A stretch of DNA of 64,000 nucleotides from assembly GCA_963727205.1 (NCBI GenBank), contig CAVSFQ010000031.1:12080-76079 (forward strand). Reading direction: 5' to 3'. Positions within the stretch are counted from its first letter, which is position 1. Each line of letters opens with the position of its first letter. The position numbers and the translations under genes were made by a program. Shown here piece by piece: positions 9,013-17,027 of the stretch. Below the pieces are notes generated by a model. The model was not told the DNA's origin, ran no database searches, and saw only the letters and a list, made by a program, of their open reading frames with translations. This DNA comes from an uncultured Acidobacteriota bacterium (GTDB taxonomy: Bacteria; Acidobacteriota; Thermoanaerobaculia; Thermoanaerobaculales; Thermoanaerobaculaceae).

Positions 9013-9441
9013 ATGCGCGTGTACCTGGCCGCAGCGATGACCAACGCCGCCCGCGACCTCGGAGCGATCCGGGCCCTGCTCGCATCCATCGAGGGGGAGG
9101 GCCACGAGGTCCCGACCCGCCACGTCGCCGACCCCCGCGGCCGCGAGGCCGAGGGCGAGGCCACAGACGCCGAGGTCGCGCAACGGGACCTGGCGTGGGT
9201 GACGGGCTGCGACGCCCTGGTTGCCGAGGTCTCCACCCCCTCGCACGGCGTCGGCGTCGAGGTGGCGACCGCCCTCCAGCACGGCGTCCCCGTGCTTCTC
9301 CTCCACCGCCGCGACGCCGTCGTCTCCCGGCTCATGCTCGGGCTGGCCGGCGTCGAATCCGCCGCCTACTCCGACCCCGGCGCGATCGCGCCTCCTGTGC
9401 GTGCGTTCCTGGCGCGCGTGCCGCGCCGGGCCGGGGCCTGA
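9013..9441 (+). CDS. Nucleoside 2-deoxyribosyltransferase-like protein
   Basis: 142 aa. The pattern MRVYLAAAM ... DLAWVTGCDALVAEVSTPSHGVGVEVATALQHGVPVLLL resembles the NDT family (Rossmann-like, conserved Glu). Confidence 0.5.
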   Translation: MRVYLAAAMTNAARDLGAIRALLASIEGEGHEVPTRHVADPRGREAEGEATDAEVAQRDLAWVTGCDALVAEVSTPSHGVGVEVATALQHGVPVLLLHRRDAVVSRLMLGLAGVESAAYSDPGAIAPPVRAFLARVPRRAGA

Positions 9442-9445
9442 GGCG

Positions 9446-10405
9446 GTGGGTCTGCCGGCCGGCCGCAACGGCCTCACCCGCGTGGACATCGGGCTCGTCC
9501 TCACCATCCTCGTCTGGGGCGTCAACTACGCGGTGATCAAGGCCGCCCTCGCCGAACTCCAGCCTCTGGTCTTCAACGCGATCCGCTTCTCGCTCGCGAC
9601 GCTCACGCTCGCCCTCCTCGTGCGCGGCCGCGGCCCCACTCCCCGCATCTCCCGCCCGGACCTGGTGCGGCTGGCGCTCCTCGGCGTGCTCGGCAACACC
9701 ATCTACCAGATGATCTTCATTCTCGGGATCGCGCGCACGACCGCTGCGAACGCGTCGCTCATCATGGCGTCCTGCCCCGTGATGGTCGCGGTGCTCGGCA
9801 CGGCCCTGGGCCGCGACCGCCTGCCGGCCCCCGCCTGGGCCGGCGTCGGGCTCGCCGTCGCCGGCCTCACGCTCCTGCTCGCCTCCGGGCGGGAGGGCGG
9901 GTTGGCGTCGGGCAACCTGACGGGGGACCTGCTCATCCTGGCGGCCGGCGTCGCCTGGTCCGCCTACACCGTCCTGGCCAGCGCCGTGATGGCCCGCGTC
10001 CCCGCCCTCACCGCGACCTTCGTGACGTTCCTCTCGGGCACGCCGGTGCTCGTGGCGGTGGCGGTCCCCTCGCTCCTGGCCCAGGACTGGGGAGCGGTCG
10101 GCGCGCGCGGCTGGTTCGGCGCCGCGTTCTCCGGGGTCTTCGCGCTCGGGATCAGCTACGTGCTCTGGAACGCGGGCCTCGCCGCGCTCGGCGGCGCCCG
10201 CACCGCCGTTTACCAGAACTTCACCCCGGTGGTCGCGGCCGCGTTCGCGTGGCTCACGCTCGGCGAGCGCTGGACCCCCGGCCAGTTCGTCGGGGCGGCC
10301 GCCGTCCTCTCCGGCATCGCCCTCACCCGCCTGCGACCGCCGCCCCAGCCCGCGGCGCTGCGGCCGGGGGCCTGCCCCGGGCCGCAGCCCCCCACTGCGG
10401 CTTAG
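9446..10405 (+). CDS. DMT-superfamily (EamA) transporter
   Basis: About 10 TM helices in two EamA repeats (VWGVNYAVIK ..., AWSAYTVL ...). GTG start at 9446 is in frame, just after the upstream stop. Confidence 0.8.
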   Translation: MGLPAGRNGLTRVDIGLVLTILVWGVNYAVIKAALAELQPLVFNAIRFSLATLTLALLVRGRGPTPRISRPDLVRLALLGVLGNTIYQMIFILGIARTTAANASLIMASCPVMVAVLGTALGRDRLPAPAWAGVGLAVAGLTLLLASGREGGLASGNLTGDLLILAAGVAWSAYTVLASAVMARVPALTATFVTFLSGTPVLVAVAVPSLLAQDWGAVGARGWFGAAFSGVFALGISYVLWNAGLAALGGARTAVYQNFTPVVAAAFAWLTLGERWTPGQFVGAAAVLSGIALTRLRPPPQPAALRPGACPGPQPPTAA

Positions 10406-10521
10406 GCGTTCCCGGCCGCCGGCGGCGCATCGGGTGTTCACCGCGCCTTCACGCCGCCCCCGCGCCGACGTCACAGCGGCCCCCTACAAAGCCGCGACGG
10501 GGTTTCCCCCGAGGAGGAGAG

Positions 10522-11925
10522 ATGACGATGCCAGCCCACGTTGTCAAGAAGACCCGGAGCACCACCCTCTGGCGCGCAGCCGCGGGCTTCCTCGCCGCCC
10601 TGCTGCTCGCCGGGGCCGCGACAGCCCAGGTCACCGGCCTCTACTACCAGGAGATCCGCAAGGACGGCCGCATCTACGTCTTCAACACCTACGAGAACTA
10701 CAAGTCGTTCCAGGCCACGGGTGAGATGAACAAGGGCGCGATCACGCTGCCCGGGCGCGGTCCGGACGGCGAAACCCTGGTCGGCGACAACGCGACCGCC
10801 ATCGACCTGTTCCTCTTCAAGAACAACCTGCCGGGGTACGACCGGCCGACGCCGGCGCCCAAGCCGGCCGCGCCGTCGGCGCTCAAGGGCCTGCACGTGG
10901 GCGGCACCTTCTACATCTCCTATCAGAACGGGACGGCGTACGCCGGCACGCCCGGCCAGACGACCTCGTACAACAAGTTCGTCCTCAAGCGCGGCTACCT
11001 CGACGTGACCGACGACATCACCCCCTGGTTCACCGGCCGCATCACCACCGACGTCTACCAGAACGCTACCGGCGACTACCAGCCCAGGATCAAGTACCTG
11101 TACGGGAGCTTCCACTGGCAGGGCAACGACTTATTCTCCCAGCCCTACGTCAACTTCGGCCAGGTGGTCATCCCGTGGCTCGATTGGGACGAGGCCGTGA
11201 ACCGCTACCGCATGCAGGACGAGATGTTCCTGGAGCGCAACGGCATCCTCAACAGCGCCGACGACGGCATCCTGGTGGGGTCGAACTTCGGCGGCCTGAT
11301 GTCCGAGGAGTACCGCAAGAACGTGGATGGCGCCTACGCGGGCCGTTACGGCTCCTGGCAGTTCGGCGTCTACAACGGCAACGGCTACCACGCGGCGGAG
11401 AAGAATCAGAACAAGGCCCTGGAGGCGCGCATCTCGCTCCGCCCGTTCCCCGACGCGGTGCCGGGCCTGCAGTTCACGGTCTTCGGCGTCAACGGCAAGG
11501 GCAACGTGGCCAGCGTCTCCGGCCAGAGCCTGCCAGATTGGACCGTGTTCGACGGCATGCTGTCGTACGAGACCGCCCTCTTCACGGGCCAGGCCGAGTA
11601 CTTCTCCGGCAAGGGCAATCAGGGAGGCACGGCCCTCAACGCCGACGGTTCGGCGCGCAATCAGAAGGGCTACTCCCTGTTCGCGAACGTCCGTCTCGGC
11701 GAGGGCGCCAGGTGGGGCGTCATCGGCCGCTACGATCGCTTCGACCCCAACCCCGACGGTGTCGTGAGCGGGGTGGACGACGTGACGAAGATGTCCATCG
11801 TCGGCGTCTCCTACGCCTTCAGCGGTCCGAACGTGTGCCTGCTCGACTACCAGGTGAAGAAGCACACCGACCCCAACATCCCCGACGAGAAGCGCGTGCA
11901 GCTCACGCTCCAGGTCAAGTTCTAG
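10522..11925 (+). CDS. Putative outer-membrane beta-barrel porin
   Basis: GAGGAGGA RBS; signal peptide (LLLAGAATAQV); alternating aromatic/hydrophilic beta-strand pattern; C-terminal TLQVKF ending in Phe, as in OMPs. The family is not identified. Confidence 0.5.
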   Translation: MTMPAHVVKKTRSTTLWRAAAGFLAALLLAGAATAQVTGLYYQEIRKDGRIYVFNTYENYKSFQATGEMNKGAITLPGRGPDGETLVGDNATAIDLFLFKNNLPGYDRPTPAPKPAAPSALKGLHVGGTFYISYQNGTAYAGTPGQTTSYNKFVLKRGYLDVTDDITPWFTGRITTDVYQNATGDYQPRIKYLYGSFHWQGNDLFSQPYVNFGQVVIPWLDWDEAVNRYRMQDEMFLERNGILNSADDGILVGSNFGGLMSEEYRKNVDGAYAGRYGSWQFGVYNGNGYHAAEKNQNKALEARISLRPFPDAVPGLQFTVFGVNGKGNVASVSGQSLPDWTVFDGMLSYETALFTGQAEYFSGKGNQGGTALNADGSARNQKGYSLFANVRLGEGARWGVIGRYDRFDPNPDGVVSGVDDVTKMSIVGVSYAFSGPNVCLLDYQVKKHTDPNIPDEKRVQLTLQVKF

Positions 11926-12010
11926 CTGGCCCCGCCCAGGGGGGAAGAGCCGGGGCGGGAACCTTGTTGCACCGGATGGAGGGCAACCTCCATCCTGCGT
12001 TCGCAGGATT

Positions 12011-12052
12011 GGGGCCGCTGACTGGGGGGGAGGCGGCCCCTCTTTCATTTTT
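12011..12052 (+). terminator. Intrinsic terminator downstream of the porin gene
   Basis: GGGGCCGC-N14-GCGGCCCC stem followed by TCTTTCATTTTT. Confidence 0.6.
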
Positions 12053-12107
12053 GGGCCGTGCTTCGACCCCACGCCCCGCGGTAGGATGGCAACGTCCGGA
12101 GGCCGCC

Positions 12108-13532
12108 ATGAGAGAACTCGGGGTGTTTGTCGCGGGCGCCTGGCAGCAGGGGGACGGCGTTCTCACCGTGCGTTCGCCATATGACGGACGCGAGGTCGCC
12201 CGCGTCGCGCGGGCCGGCAACGCCCACCTTGCGGCCGCGCTCGACGCCGCCGCAACGGCGCGGCCGGCGATGGCGGCGCTCGCGCCGCACGAGCGCGCGA
12301 CGATCCTGGAAAGGGCGGCGGGCGAGGTCGCGCGCCGGCGCGAGGAGCTGGCGGCCACGATGGTTGAGGAGGCGGGGAAGCCGCTCGCCCTCGCCCGCGT
12401 CGAGGCGGAACGCTGCGCCGAAACGTTCGCCGACTCGGCCCGGGTCGCCCGAACCCCGCACGGCGAGCTGATCGACCTCGGGGGCTTCGCGTCCGGCGCG
12501 GGGCGCACCGCGCTGCTGCGCCGGTTCCCGGTCGGCGTCGTGGTCGGGATCACGCCGTTCAACTTCCCCCTCAACCTGGTGGCGCACAAGCTCGGCCCCG
12601 CGGTCGCGGCCGGTTGCCCGATCGTCCTCAAGCCGGCGTCGCAAACGCCGTCCACGGCGCTGCTGCTCGGCGGGATCCTCCACGAGGCCGGCGTGCCGGC
12701 CGGGGGGGTCAACGTGGTGCCGTGCGGCGGGGCTCAGGCCGCGGCGCTGCTCGACGACCCGCGGGTGCGCCTGGTGACCTTCACCGGGTCGGCGGCCGTC
12801 GGCTGGGGCCTCAAGCGGAAGCTCTGGGACCGCAGGGTCGCGCTCGAGCTGGGCGGCAACGCGGCGGTGATCGTTGAACCCGACGCCGGCGACCTCGAGG
12901 CCGTCGCGCGGCGGATCGCGGGCGGAGCGTATGCCTACGCCGGCCAGTCGTGCATCTCGGTGCAGCGCGTGCTCGTCCACGAGGCCATCGCGCCCGGGTT
13001 CCGCGAGGCCCTGGCGGCGGCCACGGCCGCGTTCCCGGCCGGCGACCCGGCGCGCCCCGAAAACCTCTGCGGTCCGATGATCACCCCCGGCGATGGCGAT
13101 CGCATCGAGGGCTGGGTCCGGGACGCCGAGTCCCGTGGCGCCCGCTGCCTCACGCCGTGGCGGCGCGAGCGCTCGATGGTGGCCCCGGTCCTGCTCGACC
13201 GGGTTCCGGCCGGCGCCGCCGTGTGGTCCGACGAGGCGTTCGCTCCCGTTGCCGCGCTGCGCACCTATCACGATTTCGACGAGGCGCTCGCGATCGCCAA
13301 CGACTCGCGCTTCGGCCTGCAGGCCGGCGTCTTCACGCGCGACGTCGAGAAGATCCAGCGGGCATTCGCCGCGCTCGAGGTCGGTGCGGTGATCCAGGGC
13401 GACATGCCCTCCTGGCGCTCCGACCCGATGCCGTACGGCGGCGTCAAGGAATCCGGCGTCGGCCGCGAGGGCCCGCGCTTCGCCGTCGAGGAGATGACCG
13501 AGCCCCGCCTCCTCGTGCTGCGCACCGGTTGA
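12108..13532 (+). CDS. NAD(P)-dependent aldehyde dehydrogenase
   Basis: ALDH motifs FTGS, ELGGNA and catalytic Cys in GQSCIS; PYGGVKESG near the C-terminus. The ATG at 12108 follows the porin terminator. Confidence 0.9.
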   Translation: MRELGVFVAGAWQQGDGVLTVRSPYDGREVARVARAGNAHLAAALDAAATARPAMAALAPHERATILERAAGEVARRREELAATMVEEAGKPLALARVEAERCAETFADSARVARTPHGELIDLGGFASGAGRTALLRRFPVGVVVGITPFNFPLNLVAHKLGPAVAAGCPIVLKPASQTPSTALLLGGILHEAGVPAGGVNVVPCGGAQAAALLDDPRVRLVTFTGSAAVGWGLKRKLWDRRVALELGGNAAVIVEPDAGDLEAVARRIAGGAYAYAGQSCISVQRVLVHEAIAPGFREALAAATAAFPAGDPARPENLCGPMITPGDGDRIEGWVRDAESRGARCLTPWRRERSMVAPVLLDRVPAGAAVWSDEAFAPVAALRTYHDFDEALAIANDSRFGLQAGVFTRDVEKIQRAFAALEVGAVIQGDMPSWRSDPMPYGGVKESGVGREGPRFAVEEMTEPRLLVLRTG

Positions 13533-13649
13533 TCCGCGTGCCGCCGCAGGAGAAACCGGGGTTCGGGGTTCGGGAACTGAAACGACGTGGCCGGTGGCCC
13601 GTGGCCAGAGTCGGCGGCGCCGGTCGGCGACAGGTCGGCGACGGAAGCG

Positions 13650-13678
13650 TTGCACACTTGTCATACATGACGTACACT
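13650..13678 (+). promoter_or_regulatory. Promoter with embedded palindromic operator for relBE
   Basis: TTGCAC (13650-13655), 17-nt spacer, TACACT (13673-13678). The spacer contains the inverted repeat GTCAT-AC-ATGAC. GGAGGG RBS lies at 13685-13690. Confidence 0.55.
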
Positions 13679-13694
13679 AGCACCGGAGGGTGAC

Positions 13695-13913
13695 ATGGTC
13701 GCGCAGAGCGTAAGACTGCCAGATGAGCTGGCGGAGAAGCTCGAGCGGGTTGCCAAGGCCGGCAAGCGCTCGAAATCCTCGTTTATCGTTGAGGCGCTCG
13801 AGTTGTACCTCTCCGACCGCGAGGACCTCGAGATCGCGCTCGCCCGTATCCGCGACCCCAAGGCGAGGTGGCTGGGTCACGGCGAGGTCAAGCGTGCCCT
13901 CGGTCTCGATTAG
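13695..13913 (+). CDS. relB: Ribbon-helix-helix antitoxin (RelB/CopG-like)
   Basis: 72 aa. The N-terminal VRLPDELAEKLERVAKAGKRSKSSFIVEALELYL is a typical RHH motif; it overlaps the downstream toxin. Confidence 0.75.
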   Translation: MVAQSVRLPDELAEKLERVAKAGKRSKSSFIVEALELYLSDREDLEIALARIRDPKARWLGHGEVKRALGLD

Positions 13914-14151
13914 GTGGGAACGCCGGGCCTACCGGGAACTCGAGGCGCTCCCCAGAGACGTCCAGCAGCGAATCGTGCGCGCCGTCGAGGGTTTGATCGA
14001 CACGCCGCTCAAGGGCCAGCTGCTGACCGCCGAATGGAAGGGGCTCCGCCGGCTTCGTGTGGGCAACTATCGCGTCGTCTATGCTTTCGACGGCGCGCAA
14101 CTGCTGATCTCCGTCGTCCGCGTCGCTCACCGCAAGGAAGCCTACCGGTAG
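13894..14151 (+). CDS. relE: RelE/ParE-family toxin
   Basis: IRWERRAYRELEALPRDVQQRIVRAVEGL ... LRRLRVGNYRVVYAFDGAQLLISVVRVAHRKEAYR is the classic RelE/ParE pattern. The start is probably the in-frame GTG at 13894, overlapping relB by 20 nt. Confidence 0.75.
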   Translation: MPSVSIRWERRAYRELEALPRDVQQRIVRAVEGLIDTPLKGQLLTAEWKGLRRLRVGNYRVVYAFDGAQLLISVVRVAHRKEAYR

Positions 14152-14311
14152 TACCACCCGCACCGCCCGAACGACCGTGAAATGTGGTCCGTGGTCCGCA
14201 AGAACAGAGACCTCAGGGGCACGGTCAGAGTGAAGGGCGGGTAGCCCCGCCGCCGTTGGTAGGGGCCGCCGGCCCCCCGCCAGGATTGTGGTCCGCTATC
14301 GGCGTCGCCAG

Positions 14312-15022
14312 TTAGCGGAGCCAGCCGGCCAGCGATTGGGCGAGCGTCAACGCCGCCACCGCCGCCGTCTCGGCTCGCAAGACTCGCGGACCGAGAGGCA
14401 ACCCGAGGAACCCGGCCGCCCGAATGGCCGCCAACTCCTCGTCGGTGAAGCCGCCCTCGGGGCCGACGAGCACCGTCAGGCCGGCCGTTTCAGCGTCGAA
14501 CGCGGCGGGTATCGGCGCCCCGGGCTCGGCGACGAGCCCGACGCCGCGGGCGCTGGCGAGAAAGTCAGCGAGGGGCTGCGGCTCGGCCACCGCCGGAGGC
14601 CGGCTGCGGCCGCACTGGGCGACCGCCGCGTCCGCGAGACGCTGCCAGCGCTCGACACGGGCGGCGTGCCGCCCCCCCTGGACGCGCGCGGCCAGCACCG
14701 GGACCAGCGCCGTCGCGCCCAGCTCCGTCGCCTTCTCCACCGCCCAGTCGAACGCCTGCGTGTGCAGCGCGGCGAGGCCGAGGACGAGCGGGGCGGGGGG
14801 CTCGCCGCGCCCGCGCCCGACATTGACGACCTCGACCACGCACGCCTTGCCGTCCCACCGCGCCAGGGTGCCGATCCCGACGGCGCCGGCGAGGTCGAGC
14901 ACTTCGACCGGGTCCCCGGGCGCGACCCGCGCCACCCGGGCGTGGTGCGCCGCCTCGGCCGGTATAGGGACCTCGCCCACGGCGAGCAACGCACCTGGCA
15001 GCACGAGCCTCGTCACGCTCAT
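14312..15022 (-). CDS. rsmE: 16S rRNA (uracil1498-N3)-methyltransferase
   Basis: 236 aa with a PUA-like N-terminus (HHARVARVAPGDPVEVLD) and a SPOUT C-terminus (LVGPEGGFTDEE ... LGPRVLRAETA). Last gene of the dnaK operon, as in Bacillus. Confidence 0.85.
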   Translation of the reverse strand: MSVTRLVLPGALLAVGEVPIPAEAAHHARVARVAPGDPVEVLDLAGAVGIGTLARWDGKACVVEVVNVGRGRGEPPAPLVLGLAALHTQAFDWAVEKATELGATALVPVLAARVQGGRHAARVERWQRLADAAVAQCGRSRPPAVAEPQPLADFLASARGVGLVAEPGAPIPAAFDAETAGLTVLVGPEGGFTDEELAAIRAAGFLGLPLGPRVLRAETAAVAALTLAQSLAGWLR

Positions 15023-15927
15023 TGCACTTCAGGTGAGGTGGATTCGTCGGTGCGAGCCCCGGACCCCGAGCCCCGGGCCCCGGCCGTACACACCAGCCCG
15101 GCCCACTCCTCGAGCTCCCGAGTGCGCTCGACCGCGAAGCCGCAGCGCGCCAGCTCCTCCTCGCTCGCCGCGAGCTGGTCGGCCATCAGCCCGGAGAGCA
15201 CCAGCACCCCGTCCGGCGCCAGCAGAGAGCGCAGGTCGGCGAGCAGCGGCTGCGCCTCGACCGGGATGAGGTTGGCGAGGATGACGTCGAACGCCGGCCG
15301 CGGCGCAAGCGCCGAAGTCGAACCGGCGAACAACGCGACCGGCAACCGCTGCGGTTGCACGGCAACGGTCTGGTGGGCGATGCACACCGCCTCGAAGTCG
15401 ATGTCGAACCCCACCACCTCGGCGGCGCCGAGAGCGCGGGCGGCAAGCGCGAGGATCCCTGAGCCGGTCCCGACATCGAGGACGCGGCGCCCGGCGAGCG
15501 ACAGCTCCTCCATCATCAGGAGGACGAGCTGCGTGGACTCGTGCGACCCGCTGCCGAACGCCTGGCGGGGCTCCACGACGAGGTGCACTCGCCCCGCGGG
15601 CGGGGGGGTCGGGACCTCCGGGTGCGGGTCCAGCCAGAACAGGGTTCCGATCGAGCGCGGGACCGCGTGGCGCCGGTATTCGGCGAGCCAGTCCTGATCC
15701 GCGAAGCGGCCGGCGCCGATCTCCCGGCCTCCCAACGCCGCAAGCCCTGCGCAGACGGAGGCGAGCGCGCCCGCCTCGTCCTCCTCGATGAACACGGTCA
15801 CGGCGATGTCGGCGCCCGCGTTTTCGACCTGACACCCCAGCACCGGCCAGCGTTCGAGGGCGCTCGAGAGTTCGTTCTCAGCTCCGGCGGGCAGGCGGCA
15901 GGTGACGGTCAGGTAGCTCGCGCTCAA
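15019..15927 (-). CDS. prmA: Ribosomal protein L11 methyltransferase
   Basis: FGSGSHESTQL and SAM motif VLDVGTGSGILA. TTG start at 15927 overlaps the dnaJ stop (TTGA); its stop overlaps the rsmE start (ATGA). Confidence 0.85.
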   Translation of the reverse strand: MSASYLTVTCRLPAGAENELSSALERWPVLGCQVENAGADIAVTVFIEEDEAGALASVCAGLAALGGREIGAGRFADQDWLAEYRRHAVPRSIGTLFWLDPHPEVPTPPPAGRVHLVVEPRQAFGSGSHESTQLVLLMMEELSLAGRRVLDVGTGSGILALAARALGAAEVVGFDIDFEAVCIAHQTVAVQPQRLPVALFAGSTSALAPRPAFDVILANLIPVEAQPLLADLRSLLAPDGVLVLSGLMADQLAASEEELARCGFAVERTRELEEWAGLVCTAGARGSGSGARTDESTSPEVQ

Positions 15928-17027
15928 CCACTGCCCTCGATCAGGTCGCGCACCCTGCGGAAGACGCCCGGGCGATCGCCCTCCTCGGCCACGACCGCCT
16001 GGATGAGCTCGCGTTGCTTCGCCGTGAGCTTGCGCGGCACCGTGACCTGGAGGTGGACCACAAGGTCCCCCTTCCCCGAACGCTGCACCCGCGGCAGGCC
16101 CTTGCCGCGCAGAACCACGGTGTCCCCGGGCTGCGCCCCGGCCGGCACCTTGAGCTTCTCGGCGCCGCCCAGCGTCGGCACCTCGAGCTCCGCGCCCAGG
16201 GCCGCCCGAAACGCCGAAATCTCCTGCTCGAGGTGGAGGTCGGCCCCGGCGCGCACGAACAGCTCGTGGGGTTCGACCCGCACGACGACGTAGAGATCGC
16301 CGGCCGGCCCGCCGTGCACCCCCGCCTCGCCCTCGCCGACCATCCGCAGGCGCGTGCCGTCCTCGATCCCGGCCGGGACCGTGACCTTGAGCTGGCGCCG
16401 GCGCTCCACCCGGCCGGCGCCGCGGCACTCCTGGCACGGGTTCGAGACCTTCCGCCCGGCGCCGCCGCAGTCGGGGCACGGCCGGACCATGGTGAAGAAC
16501 CCCTGGCTGACACGCACCTGGCCGCGACCGCCGCAGCTCCGGCAGGTTTCGGCCTTCGCGCCGGGCGCGAGGCCGCTGCCGGCGCACGCCTCGCAGCTCT
16601 CCTCGCGGGGAACCGTGAGCAGCCGCTCGACCCCGGCCGCCATCTCGGCGAACGAGATCGCGATCGAGGTCCGCAGGTCGGAGCCCCGCTCCGGGCCGCC
16701 GCGGCGCCGACCGCCGAAGAGCCCCTCGAAGCCGAAGATGTTGCCGAGGATGTCCGCGAAGTCGCCGAAGACCGACGAGTCGAACCCTGAGAACGGCTGC
16801 TCCCCGAGGCCGGCCTGGCCGAAGCGGTCGTAGCGGGCGCGCTTGTCGGAGTCGGAGAGCACCGCGTACGCTTCCGCGGCCTCCTTGAAGCGCTCCTCGG
16901 CCTGCACGTCGCCCGGGTTGCGGTCGGGGTGGTACTTCACCGCCAGCTTGCGGTAGGCGGCCTTGATCTCCTCGCGGGACGCGCTGTGGCCGACCCCGAG
17001 CGCCTCGTAGTAGTCGCGTGCGCTCAC
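15924..17027 (-). CDS. dnaJ: Chaperone DnaJ
   Basis: J domain (DYYEALGV ... KYHPDRNPGD), G/F-rich linker, and four CxxCxGxG zinc-finger repeats (CEACAGSG, CRSCGGRG, CPDCGGAG, CQECRGAG). GTG start at 17027 overlaps the dnaK stop. Confidence 0.95.
   Translation of the reverse strand: MSARDYYEALGVGHSASREEIKAAYRKLAVKYHPDRNPGDVQAEERFKEAAEAYAVLSDSDKRARYDRFGQAGLGEQPFSGFDSSVFGDFADILGNIFGFEGLFGGRRRGGPERGSDLRTSIAISFAEMAAGVERLLTVPREESCEACAGSGLAPGAKAETCRSCGGRGQVRVSQGFFTMVRPCPDCGGAGRKVSNPCQECRGAGRVERRRQLKVTVPAGIEDGTRLRMVGEGEAGVHGGPAGDLYVVVRVEPHELFVRAGADLHLEQEISAFRAALGAELEVPTLGGAEKLKVPAGAQPGDTVVLRGKGLPRVQRSGKGDLVVHLQVTVPRKLTAKQRELIQAVVAEEGDRPGVFRRVRDLIEGSG

Noticed and set aside
13914-14180. 88-aa ORF (GTG 13914) as an alternative to the RelE frame.
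   Set aside because: Its translation (GTPGLPGTRGAPQRRPAANR...) has no toxin features. The other frame gives a clean RelE/ParE sequence.
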